Shown here: one piece after another, positions 37,895 through 46,644 of the stretch | How the letters are laid out: every line of letters starts with the position of its first letter | Position numbering within the stretch: the stretch's first letter is position 1 | NCBI GenBank assembly: GCA_965223335.1 | Contig: OZ244991.1 | Location: 64,001-128,000 of the forward strand | DNA: 64,000 nucleotides | Source of the DNA: Thermodesulfobacteriota bacterium | GTDB lineage: Bacteria; Desulfobacterota_D; UBA1144; Nemesobacterales; UBA2774 | Direction: 5' to 3' | Program-made: the position numbers and the translations under genes | Notes under the pieces: model-generated | Database searches by the model: none | The model's input: the letters and a program-made list of their open reading frames with translations, nothing else | What the model was told of the DNA's origin: nothing

Positions 37895-38459
37895 ATTTCT
37901 CACTCTCTATTAAATGAGGCTCAAGGAGTGTAATCAGTTTCATTCTCCCGCGGTGTACATAAGACTTCACCGCACCCACGCTACACCCTATTACCTCTGC
38001 AACCTCTTCGTACGAAAACCCCTCGTATTTACACAGCATGATAGCAATTTTTTCCCTCTCTGGCAAAGACTCAAGCGCACTCATCACAGCTTCTTTGATC
38101 TCCTTCCTATATAGCATCTCATCGGCCTTGGGATCTTTACTCTCATCGACATCACCTGTGTTTGCATCGGGGTCGTCCAAACTCACACCCCCCTTCTTTT
38201 GCCTCGACACATAGGTTAGACACACGTTTGAAGCAATCTTATAGAGCCATGTGGTAAATTTGGCTTCCGGCTTGTATTTCTCACGAGAGCGGTAAACACG
38301 TAAAAAAACCTCTTGGGCTAGATCCTCCGATGTCTCCAGTGCCCTGGTAAATCGATATGCAAAATTCACCACACCCTTATAATGCCTCCTCATTAATTCA
38401 CTGAATGCACCGTCGTCACCTGACTTGGCCCTCAGCATAAGCTCTATATCGCTTTCCAT
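37884..38459 (-). CDS. ECF RNA polymerase sigma factor
   Basis: 'EDLAQEVFLRVY', 'KFTTWLYKIASN', region 4 'SYEEVAEVIGCSVGAVKSYVHRGR'. Confidence 0.93.
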   Translation of the reverse strand: MESDIELMLRAKSGDDGAFSELMRRHYKGVVNFAYRFTRALETSEDLAQEVFLRVYRSREKYKPEAKFTTWLYKIASNVCLTYVSRQKKGGVSLDDPDANTGDVDESKDPKADEMLYRKEIKEAVMSALESLPEREKIAIMLCKYEGFSYEEVAEVIGCSVGAVKSYVHRGRMKLITLLEPHLIESEKYGM

Positions 38460-38483
38460 GGGTACGCTAATCCAGCATCATAT

Positions 38484-38518
38484 ATTATTAACCATTGTAC
38501 AGATAAAAAAGTTGCGTC
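38484..38518 (-). promoter_or_regulatory. Candidate autoregulatory ECF promoter
   Basis: Minus strand GACGCAACT-N17-GTTAATAAT, with GTT 30 nt before the sigma ATG; AAC -35 core typical of ECF promoters. Confidence 0.5.
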
Positions 38519-38689
38519 TGCACACAACTTACCTATTATTGCAAAGAGTTTTGCCTCTACAAAGTAAAGATATTGCTTTCTTGCGACTCGTATTGATACG
38601 GTAGAATTTTTAGGGGCAATGTATTTCCCCTGTCAATTGATGCTCTCAAGTTTATGACTTTTGTGTGAATTCCTGGCAAACGTGCAGAT

Positions 38690-39262
38690 CTACTTTTTCT
38701 TGACCCTTTCCAGATACTCGCCGATCCTTGTATCCACTTTGATCAGGTCGCCTATGTCGATGAAAAGCGGCACCTGTATTGTAGCCCCGCTTTCCAGCTT
38801 TGCCGGTTTTGTACTGCCCGACACCGTATCGCCTTTTACGCCCGGCTCGGTATCTGCTACGTGGAGTTCTACGGCAGTGGGCAGCTCCACACCCATGGGC
38901 TCGTCGTTATAGTAAAGTATATGAACCTCTTGCTGCTCTTTTAGAAATTTCGATGCCTCCCCTACCTGCTCAGGGCTAAAGCTGTATTGATCGTAAGTAT
39001 CCAGGTCCATAAAGTGATACCCAATGTCGTCGCTGTAGAGGAACTGCATGAGCTTTCTCTCCATATCGGGCACATTAAATGTGTCACCCGAGCGAAAGTT
39101 TTTTTCCTGCACCGCCCCAGTCACGACGTTTCTGATCTTGGTCTTCATCACGGCACTTCTCTGCGCCATCTTTGAGTGATGATATTCGATTATCTCCCAG
39201 ATCCCGCCGTCGTACTCTATCTTAAGCCCTTTATGGAAATGGTTAGTCTCAACTACACCCAT
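38690..39262 (-). CDS. efp: Elongation factor P with non-canonical loop (KMAQRSA)
   Basis: 'MQFLY', 'FMDLDTYDQ', 'TEPGVKGDT', 'KPAKLESG..IQVPLFI..GD.IKVDTR.GEY'. Confidence 0.95.
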   Translation of the reverse strand: MGVVETNHFHKGLKIEYDGGIWEIIEYHHSKMAQRSAVMKTKIRNVVTGAVQEKNFRSGDTFNVPDMERKLMQFLYSDDIGYHFMDLDTYDQYSFSPEQVGEASKFLKEQQEVHILYYNDEPMGVELPTAVELHVADTEPGVKGDTVSGSTKPAKLESGATIQVPLFIDIGDLIKVDTRIGEYLERVKKK

Positions 39263-39364
39263 GTGGCTACCTCCCTTTCGGTCCTGTCTCTATAATATAC
39301 CTTACCAGATTTCGCTTCAATTAACCGATGCCATTTCTTGACAATTCGTATATTTGTATTCGAT

Positions 39365-39565
39365 TTACATCAGGTAGTTCTTTGATGAGTTTGAGGGCTC
39401 AGTGTCCTCGACACTATCCGCGTAGTCATCCTCGTCTGCTACGCGGTAATCCTCAGAAGCCCACGCCCCCAGATCCACCAGCTTACACCTCTCCGAGCAA
39501 AAGGGCCTCCATGGGTTTCCTTCCCATTTAACAGTCTTCTTACAATTCGGACACTTTACCTGCAT
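39365..39565 (-). CDS. yacG: DNA gyrase inhibitor YacG
   Basis: 'VKCPNC', '[19 protein letters not shown]'. Confidence 0.92.
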   Translation of the reverse strand: MQVKCPNCKKTVKWEGNPWRPFCSERCKLVDLGAWASEDYRVADEDDYADSVEDTEPSNSSKNYLM

Positions 39566-39643
39566 ACCAAACGACCTTATACAATAGACGCTAAATAATC
39601 AAGCTCTATATCTCAATACATGCTGGTTGGTGGGCTCGGGTTA

Positions 39644-40249
39644 TTATTTGGCAGTTTCTTTTATATTGGACTTGTTTTTTTCTTGGTAGCTTGCCTCTAC
39701 CCACTCGCAGATGATATGTGCAAGCGTGATGTGAAGCTCCTGGACTCTGGGGGTCGATTTTGACGGGATGCTGAGTATACAGTCCGCGATCTCATCCAAC
39801 TTACTCGTATCGCTGCCCGCAAACACTAGGGTACTTAGCCCTGCCGATTTAGCTGCTTTTAGCCCGTTTATCACGTTAGCCGATTTGCCGCTGGTTGTAA
39901 GTCCTATGGCAATGTCGTTCTTATGTCCCAGTGCCTCGATCTGCCTCGAGAACACTTTGTTAAACGAGCTGTCGTTGGCCACAGAGGTGAGTACAGAGCT
40001 ATCGGCTGTGAGTGCTACAGCCGGGAGTGCCGTCCTTTTTTTAGTGCATCGGTTCACAAATTCCGCGGCAATATGCTGCGCATCCGCGGCACTCCCCCCG
40101 TTACCGAATAAAAGGAGCTTTCCGCCCGAGCGTAATGTTTTTTGAATTAGTACAGTCGCCGCTTCCAGGTCTTCAAGTGATTCTTTCGCAAATTTAAGCT
40201 TGAGCTCGGCACTCTCTCTAAGCTTGGATATCATCTGTTCCTTCATCAT
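39644..40249 (-). CDS. gmhA: Phosphoheptose isomerase (SIS domain)
   Basis: 'GNGGSAADAQHIAAE', 'FSRQIEALG', 'TTSGKS', 'RVQELHI'. Confidence 0.9.
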   Translation of the reverse strand: MMKEQMISKLRESAELKLKFAKESLEDLEAATVLIQKTLRSGGKLLLFGNGGSAADAQHIAAEFVNRCTKKRTALPAVALTADSSVLTSVANDSSFNKVFSRQIEALGHKNDIAIGLTTSGKSANVINGLKAAKSAGLSTLVFAGSDTSKLDEIADCILSIPSKSTPRVQELHITLAHIICEWVEASYQEKNKSNIKETAK

Positions 40250-40251
40250 TA

Positions 40252-42054
40252 TCAGGTCCTCTTGAACATCTTTTCTAGCTCCGCAAACGTAATCTCTTTC
40301 GCTACCGGTCTTCCGTGTGGGCAGGCATGTGGAAACCGAGATGCGTCCAGCTCTGCTAACAATGCCTCCATCTCCTCCATGCTTAGCTTTTCGTTGGCCC
40401 TAACAGAGCTGTGGCAAGCCATGGTCGATATAACCCTGTCAATCTTCTCCGATATACTATCTTCATTACCACCTTTATCCAACTCCCCTAACACGTCTTT
40501 AATCAGCCCCTCTGGGTCCGCGCTGTGAATGAGAGCCGGTACGGTTCTCACACGATACGCATCCTCTCCAAAGCTCTCTATATCGAACCCGAGCTCTTTA
40601 AACTTGTCCAGATTGTCCGCAAGCAATCTAGCGTCATGGGGTGTTAGCTCCAAAATAGAGGGTATGAGCAGTTCCTGGGTCTCGAGGCTCTGTTCGAGGT
40701 AAGAGTGTTTGAATCGTTCATAGTTGACTCTCTCGTGTGCAGCGTGCTGATCCACAAGCAATAGCCCGTGTGCCGATGCACAGACTATATACAGCTCACC
40801 CAACTGCCCGATTATCTTGAGCGTGGAATATAAACCCTCTTTGCGAAACAGCGCTTCTGTACTATCTGTGGATTTATCCTCGTAACGTTGTACTGGTTCA
40901 TCAACATGATAATCGGTAGCAAGATTTATACTCGATCCTTGAGCCCTAGGAGTTGTGTGTGAAGGTGTGTGACTCTGATAGTTTTTATGTGAATAATCCG
41001 CCCCGTACGGTGCTTCTTTCTCGTAAAAACCGCGTACTGCATTTTCTACACGCGCCTTATGTCCCTCAATCCAAGGTGCTTGGGATAACATCGAGTGCAC
41101 AGCATCTTTTATGAGCCCGCTTATCTGCCAGCTGTTTTTGAACCTGACCTCGTTTTTTGTAGGGTGTACATTTACGTCAACCGACTCGGGCGGCATCTCT
41201 ACAAAAAGCGCTCCCTGCGGGAACTTGCCCTTATCGAGCATCTTGCCATAGGCATCTATGAGAACGCGCGTAAGGAGCTTATCTCTTACAGGCCTTCCGT
41301 TTACGAACGTATACATTTTCTGAGTGGTCGACCTGGTCCCCTCGGGGCTGCTCATCCAACCCCTCACCGTTATCCCATCGCTTTGGGTCCGAATCGGGTG
41401 GAGCGAAACGCCCGGAAAGAGCTCGGCCAGTCTCTGCTCGGGGCTATCCCGCCCAGCAAGGTTCATAACGGTTTTGCCGTTATGGGTCAGTTGAAACCCG
41501 ATTTGAGGTGAGCTAAGAGCATGGCGCTCAACGACCCTAAGCACATTTGTGTACTCGGTCTCCATCTTCTTCATAAACTTTAGCCTCGCGGGTGTGTTGT
41601 AAAAGAGGTTCTTTGCCTCTATCGCGGTACCATCGGGCGCACCTGCTTCCTCAACACGCCTTAGTTTCCCGCCCTCGATGTAGATACGAGTAGCCTCGAG
41701 ATCCTTCTTTGTCTTAGTTGTTATGCTCATTCGGGACACGCTTGCGATACTGGGCAGGGCCTCTCCTCTAAAACCGAGTGTGGCGACGCTAAACAGGTCG
41801 TCTATATCCTTTATCTTGCTGGTCGCATGGCGCTCTATAGATAACAGCGCCTCGTCACGCGTCATCCCAATACCGTTATCGGACACCGCTATCAGTTTGC
41901 GCCCGCCCCGCTCTAAATCGATTTTTATCTCAGTGCTTGAGGCATCGATGGAGTTTTCTATAAGCTCTTTTACTACGGAAGCAGGCCTTTCAACTATCTC
42001 GCCCGCTGCTATTTTAGAGACAAGCTGGTCTGGGAGGATCCTGATTTTACCCAT
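40252..42054 (-). CDS. mutL: DNA mismatch repair protein MutL
   Basis: 'IAAGEIVERPASVVKEL', 'GFRGEAL', endonuclease motifs 'DQHAAHER', 'ACH', 'CPHGRP'. Confidence 0.97.
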   Translation of the reverse strand: MGKIRILPDQLVSKIAAGEIVERPASVVKELIENSIDASSTEIKIDLERGGRKLIAVSDNGIGMTRDEALLSIERHATSKIKDIDDLFSVATLGFRGEALPSIASVSRMSITTKTKKDLEATRIYIEGGKLRRVEEAGAPDGTAIEAKNLFYNTPARLKFMKKMETEYTNVLRVVERHALSSPQIGFQLTHNGKTVMNLAGRDSPEQRLAELFPGVSLHPIRTQSDGITVRGWMSSPEGTRSTTQKMYTFVNGRPVRDKLLTRVLIDAYGKMLDKGKFPQGALFVEMPPESVDVNVHPTKNEVRFKNSWQISGLIKDAVHSMLSQAPWIEGHKARVENAVRGFYEKEAPYGADYSHKNYQSHTPSHTTPRAQGSSINLATDYHVDEPVQRYEDKSTDSTEALFRKEGLYSTLKIIGQLGELYIVCASAHGLLLVDQHAAHERVNYERFKHSYLEQSLETQELLIPSILELTPHDARLLADNLDKFKELGFDIESFGEDAYRVRTVPALIHSADPEGLIKDVLGELDKGGNEDSISEKIDRVISTMACHSSVRANEKLSMEEMEALLAELDASRFPHACPHGRPVAKEITFAELEKMFKRT

Positions 42055-42126
42055 CTAAAAACCCATTGTACATAATAGGCTCTGCGCAGTCAAAACAGCC
42101 GCCAGAAGCAACAAAATCTGCCAAAT

Positions 42127-42303
42127 TTACTGAAATGGTGTTACCCCTAAAAACTTTAGAATGGTTAGAGTTAAGAAAAAAAGAATAGGTACAACAACAC
42201 AGAGAATTGCTAACACAGTAAATATAGAAAGCGACAACTTGGACCTTATTCCAAACACATCATCCGAGTGCTGTTTTAAGATACGCATATACTCTTTTAA
42301 CAT
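42127..42303 (-). CDS. Small single-pass membrane protein, 58 aa (not in the ORF track)
   Basis: Hand translation ATG..TAA: MLKEYMRILKQHSDDVFGIRSKLSLSIFTVLAILCVVVPILFFLTLTILKFLGVTPFQ. Co-oriented with neighbours and fills an otherwise empty gap. Confidence 0.55.
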   Translation of the reverse strand: MLKEYMRILKQHSDDVFGIRSKLSLSIFTVLAILCVVVPILFFLTLTILKFLGVTPFQ

Positions 42304-42363
42304 GTTCTCAAAACCACTAATAAATAATTCTATAGGGTATATCGATAAATAACTCGTATTACC

Positions 42364-42663
42364 TTACTTCTTTTTGTTCGAGTTAAGTGTCTCTATATAG
42401 GAATCAATCGGGACCGCAACCAGTGTCATGATCTCCACCGTACCCCTCGAGCATAGATTTACCGAGACCTCGCCGATTGTCTCGTTATCAGGTGCGTTTA
42501 CGATATTTACAAAATCGTAGGGGCCCAATGTCGCGTACTGCTCTATTACTTTAACCCCTATCTTTTCAAGCTCCTCATCTACCTCTTTTATCCTGCCCGG
42601 GCGCTCTTGTACGGTCTTGCGGCCTTCTGGTGTAAGCTTGCTCAACAGTATGTATGTACCCAT
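42364..42663 (-). CDS. GYD-domain protein (start reassigned to ATG 42663)
   Basis: 'YILLSKLTPEG', 'YATLGPYDFV.IV.AP', 'RGTVEIMTL'. Confidence 0.85.
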   Translation of the reverse strand: MGTYILLSKLTPEGRKTVQERPGRIKEVDEELEKIGVKVIEQYATLGPYDFVNIVNAPDNETIGEVSVNLCSRGTVEIMTLVAVPIDSYIETLNSNKKK

Positions 42664-42838
42664 GTCCACCTGCCGGAATTTAGTTTCACTTACAGATGAT
42701 ATATACCTGTAATAAAGGTGTGTAGGCAAATAATCAGGGTCCAGACAAATCTGTCATTTAAGCTCAATGCTACAATTTGAGCTTTTATTATGTATAATCT
42801 TTAACCAAAATTACTAAGCCTTAGAGGACAGAACAGAT

Positions 42839-44311
42839 ATGTTTGATACCCCGAGCCCAAAAAATACACTATCAATATCTAGAGCCTTTCTAACACTACT
42901 CATAGTCTCATTGCTTTGCTCATTTGCAGTATCAACCAAATATGCATTGGGTGCCAAAAAAGAGAAAGAATCCCCTAAAAGGGCTATAGTTGTTAAGGAC
43001 TACAAATGGGCCTCGGGTGGTATGGGCCGCGCCGCCATCATGCAGGAGATCACTCTTGAGAACCGCGGCGAGATGGACTACAAAGATATCGCGGTGGAGG
43101 TCGACCTCTATACAAGTAACGACATCCCTCTTGGCTCGCTTAGAGCTACAATAAACGAAGTGCTCCCCAGTAAGAGCGAGAAAACTTTTTACAACGTTAA
43201 GTTTGGTATCATGCACTCAGAGCTCGAGAACACCGTTGCACGCATCGCAGGTGCAGAGCCCCTCGAAAAAGGCACTCCGACAAACCCCAGGGACCTCATA
43301 CTAGTTAAGGACTGGGAGTGGAGCGGCGGCCAGTATGGCACAGAAGGCATATTAAAATCAATCACACTTGCAAATAAGAGCAAAGAGAACTTCAAAGACA
43401 TCAAGATCAGGGTGGATTACCTAGGCCTTAAGGGTGGTAAGGTAGGTGTAAGGGGTTTTACCAGCCGTGCTACAATTCATGACGTACTGCCTGCCAAAAG
43501 CGAGCGTACCTACACCAACATCAACGTAGGGTTCAGACACCCCGACTCCCAAGAAGAGAGCATTAGCGTTATGGCTGCAAAGCCCATCTCGGATAAGGAG
43601 CTCAACTATCGTATAGCCAAAAAAGAGGGCAAGCCCGTCAAAAAGACCAAAAAGAAGAAGAAAAAATCCACACCCGGCGAAGGGGAAGAAGAACCGGACT
43701 CAGATGCTTACTCGATCAGCGGAGAAAAACTCTCGCTCTCTGAAAGATACAAAAAGCGCCTAGAATCCGAGCAGGGTGTATCAACAACCCCCAAGAGCAC
43801 AGGCGATGTACCCGATACACCGGTCGATCCAGCCACAGGCGACTCCACACCAGGCGACGTAGCACTCTCAGACACAGAAACCGAAAAGACCGAAACCATA
43901 GCCCAAGAAACAACCCAGGACCCAATCGAACCATCGGTGCCTGAAGTTAGTGATGTTGAAGCCGATGACGAAGAAGATTACGAGTACGAGTACGAAGAGG
44001 AAACCCCTCTACCGGAAAACGACATAGTAGTAGAAGATTTCGAGTGGGGAGGAGGGGTTACGGGAACCATAGGCAGAATTAACAAACTCACGCTCAAAAA
44101 CATAAGCGGTATCAGTTACACAAAAATTGAGCTATTAGTCGAGTTCTACTCCTACGCCGAAGAAACACCTATGGGATCAAACAGGGTCGTAATCTACGAC
44201 GTATTACCGCCAAAGAGCACAAGAACCTTCAAAGACCTTAAGGCCGGTTACCTAAACGCTATTCCCCAGGAAGTCCGTATTAAGGTCACCGACGCCATAG
44301 CCACTTATTAA
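42839..44311 (+). CDS. Exported hypothetical protein with three internal ~95-aa beta-rich repeats
   Basis: Signal/anchor helix; three copies of 'I(V/L)V(K/E)D(Y/W/F)(K/E)W..G.....I..(I/L)TL.N....(Y/F)..I...V...I.(D/E)VLP.KS..T(F/Y)'. Confidence 0.75.
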   Translation: MFDTPSPKNTLSISRAFLTLLIVSLLCSFAVSTKYALGAKKEKESPKRAIVVKDYKWASGGMGRAAIMQEITLENRGEMDYKDIAVEVDLYTSNDIPLGSLRATINEVLPSKSEKTFYNVKFGIMHSELENTVARIAGAEPLEKGTPTNPRDLILVKDWEWSGGQYGTEGILKSITLANKSKENFKDIKIRVDYLGLKGGKVGVRGFTSRATIHDVLPAKSERTYTNINVGFRHPDSQEESISVMAAKPISDKELNYRIAKKEGKPVKKTKKKKKKSTPGEGEEEPDSDAYSISGEKLSLSERYKKRLESEQGVSTTPKSTGDVPDTPVDPATGDSTPGDVALSDTETEKTETIAQETTQDPIEPSVPEVSDVEADDEEDYEYEYEEETPLPENDIVVEDFEWGGGVTGTIGRINKLTLKNISGISYTKIELLVEFYSYAEETPMGSNRVVIYDVLPPKSTRTFKDLKAGYLNAIPQEVRIKVTDAIATY

Positions 44312-44324
44312 TCACTATTCGGAC

Positions 44325-45386
44325 TTATTTAAAAAGGTTAAGCTGGTCCGTATCCCCGGGCCTCCTAAAAGAGCTTGCGTCCAGTTCTATGGTTTCAGTT
44401 GTTAATCCGTATTTTTTACGGCTCATCTCAAATAGATCGCTTATTCCCTCGGCAAACACACCGCTGCCCTTCATCCTATCGTGATAAACGGCACTATTAA
44501 GCTTACCCCCGCGGACCGATTCTAACCGGTGAGTAACCTTATCCTTTTTCCCGGGATAGTGTCTTTGGAGCCAGCTTAGAAATAGCTCAGAGACCCCGTA
44601 GGGAAGTCTCAGCATTATATAGCCAGCGCTCCTTGCCCCCGCATCGGCTGCGGATTTTAGAATGCTAGGGATCTCGTGGTCTGTAAGCCCCGGCACTATA
44701 GGTGCAACCATCACTATCACAGGTACCCCGCCCCGAGCCAGTTTCTCCATTGCCTTCAATCTCACATCGGGTTGTGGGGCCCTGGGCTCCATAAGGCGCG
44801 AAAGTTTCGGGTCGAGTGTAGTAACAGATATAGCAACTATGGCGGCATTGTATGAAGTTAATTCCTGGAGTAGATCTATATCCCTCGTGACCAAGCTGTT
44901 TTTAGTAACGATACCAACAGGGTTTCTAAACTCAGCCAATACTCCCAGACACTGCCTTGTCAGCTTGAATGTACGTTCGGCGGGCTGATAGGGGTCTGTA
45001 ATACCGCTTATGGATATGGGCTCGGGCAACCATTTGGGGGATGAAAGCTCCTTACGAAGCAGTTGGGGTGCATCCTCTTTTACAAAAATATTCGTCTCAA
45101 AATCAAGCCCGGCCGAAAGCCCTAAATACTCGTGTGTGGGACGTGCATAACAGTAGATACAGCCGTGCTCACACCCTCTATATGGGTTTATGCTTTTGTT
45201 AAACCCCACATCCGGGCTCTCGTTCTTAGCAATAATTGATCTGCTTGTATCCTTGAAAAAAAGAGTTTCTGGCTTGGGCCCGGTGTCTATTTCTTCTTCT
45301 GTAGGCACATACTCTATCCTCTCAAACCTGTTTAAAGGAGAGTGTGCAGCACCGCGACCCTTTATGTTTGGGTATTGCTCTTCCAT
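44325..45386 (-). CDS. PA0069-family radical SAM protein (spore photoproduct lyase-like)
   Basis: 'KGRGA', 'SPDVGF..SINPYRGCEHGCIYCYARPTHEYLG', 'TDPYQP'. Confidence 0.9.
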   Translation of the reverse strand: MEEQYPNIKGRGAAHSPLNRFERIEYVPTEEEIDTGPKPETLFFKDTSRSIIAKNESPDVGFNKSINPYRGCEHGCIYCYARPTHEYLGLSAGLDFETNIFVKEDAPQLLRKELSSPKWLPEPISISGITDPYQPAERTFKLTRQCLGVLAEFRNPVGIVTKNSLVTRDIDLLQELTSYNAAIVAISVTTLDPKLSRLMEPRAPQPDVRLKAMEKLARGGVPVIVMVAPIVPGLTDHEIPSILKSAADAGARSAGYIMLRLPYGVSELFLSWLQRHYPGKKDKVTHRLESVRGGKLNSAVYHDRMKGSGVFAEGISDLFEMSRKKYGLTTETIELDASSFRRPGDTDQLNLFK

Positions 45387-45505
45387 CTAAGCCCTTAACA
45401 ACTAGAGTTCGATATCCGAATACTAAACGCAATCCGGCCCAAAAACAATATGCATAAATTTAAATGGGGACGAATAGATCAGATAGTGTTGGGGCAGTAG
45501 TGGAT

Positions 45506-46564
45506 TTAAGCCTTGAATGTCTCTAACTCTTTTATGAGTTCGTCTACAATCTCGCTTTCTTTAAACGATCTTAGCAGCTTGCCGTCTTTATATATCATGC
45601 CCTTGCCCCTTCCCCCTGCAATACCTATATCGGCTTCCGAGGCCTCCCCGGGTCCGTTTACAACACATCCCAGTATCGCAACCTTTATGGGTCTCGGGAG
45701 CTCCATATCCTTGGTCCTACGCTCCACATCACCCACAAGCTTCATAAGGTCGATCTCAAGTCGCCCACAGCCCGGGCACGATATGAGCTCTATGCCGTTT
45801 CGCCTAATACCAAGCGACTTAAGGATATTAAGACCCACCCTTATCTCATCCACCGGGTCCCCGGTAAGCGATACCCTGATCGTATCCCCTATACCCTCTG
45901 CGAGCAGACTACCTATTCCGATCGAGGATTTTATGGTCCCCATCTCAATCGTACCAGCCTCGGTAACACCTAAATGCAGCGGGTAGTTACACTCTGCAGC
46001 TAAGATCCTATAGGCCTCTATCATCCGATGCACATCCGTTGATTTAACCGATATCTTAATGTCGCGGAAATCAAAGTCCTCTAGAATACGTACGTGCCTA
46101 AATGCACTCTCCGCAAGGGCCTTCGGGGTGGGAGAGCCGTGTTTCTGTAGTATGTCCTTTTCCAACGAGCCCGAGTTAACACCTATCCTAATCGGTACCC
46201 CTCTCTCCTTTACCGCATCCACAACCGCTTTAATGCGGTACTTAGCCCCAATGTTCCCCGGGTTTATCCTCATGCCGTGCACACCCTGCTCCACGGCTTC
46301 CAGTGCAAGCTTGTAGTCAAAGTGAATATCTGAGACGATTGGAATCTCAGTCTGGTTGATTATCTGACCCAGTGATTTGGCAGCATCCATGTCGGGGACA
46401 GCAAGACGAACAATATCGCACCCTGCGTCCTCAAGCCGTTTGATCTCGGCCACCGTGGCAGCTACATCCCTGGTATCAGTCTTCGTCATAGACTGCACGC
46501 TTACCGGTGCACCACCGCCTATCCTGACCCCACCAATGCTAATCTGTCTAGTATGCTCGGCCAT
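45506..46564 (-). CDS. ispG: (E)-4-hydroxy-3-methylbut-2-enyl-diphosphate synthase
   Basis: 'VQSMT', 'DIHF', 'RINPGNIG', 'HLGVTEAG', 'SCPGCGR', 'GCVVNGPGE'. Confidence 0.97.
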   Translation of the reverse strand: MAEHTRQISIGGVRIGGGAPVSVQSMTKTDTRDVAATVAEIKRLEDAGCDIVRLAVPDMDAAKSLGQIINQTEIPIVSDIHFDYKLALEAVEQGVHGMRINPGNIGAKYRIKAVVDAVKERGVPIRIGVNSGSLEKDILQKHGSPTPKALAESAFRHVRILEDFDFRDIKISVKSTDVHRMIEAYRILAAECNYPLHLGVTEAGTIEMGTIKSSIGIGSLLAEGIGDTIRVSLTGDPVDEIRVGLNILKSLGIRRNGIELISCPGCGRLEIDLMKLVGDVERRTKDMELPRPIKVAILGCVVNGPGEASEADIGIAGGRGKGMIYKDGKLLRSFKESEIVDELIKELETFKA

Positions 46565-46644
46565 ACCTTTCCTTAACTCTAAGAAATTCTATCTGTTATG
46601 TAAAGTGAAAGTTGAGTGTTCGTTTCGGTGTGCGTGACCAGCCG

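Noticed and set aside
42161..42352. 63-aa plus-strand ORF in the ORF track
   Set aside because: No SD or motif; the opposite-strand 58-aa membrane ORF is more plausible.
45405..45422. Near-palindrome GTTCGATATCCGAAT upstream of the PA0069-like gene as an SOS box
   Set aside because: It does not match the LexA consensus forms I know, and I saw no similar site upstream of uvrB.
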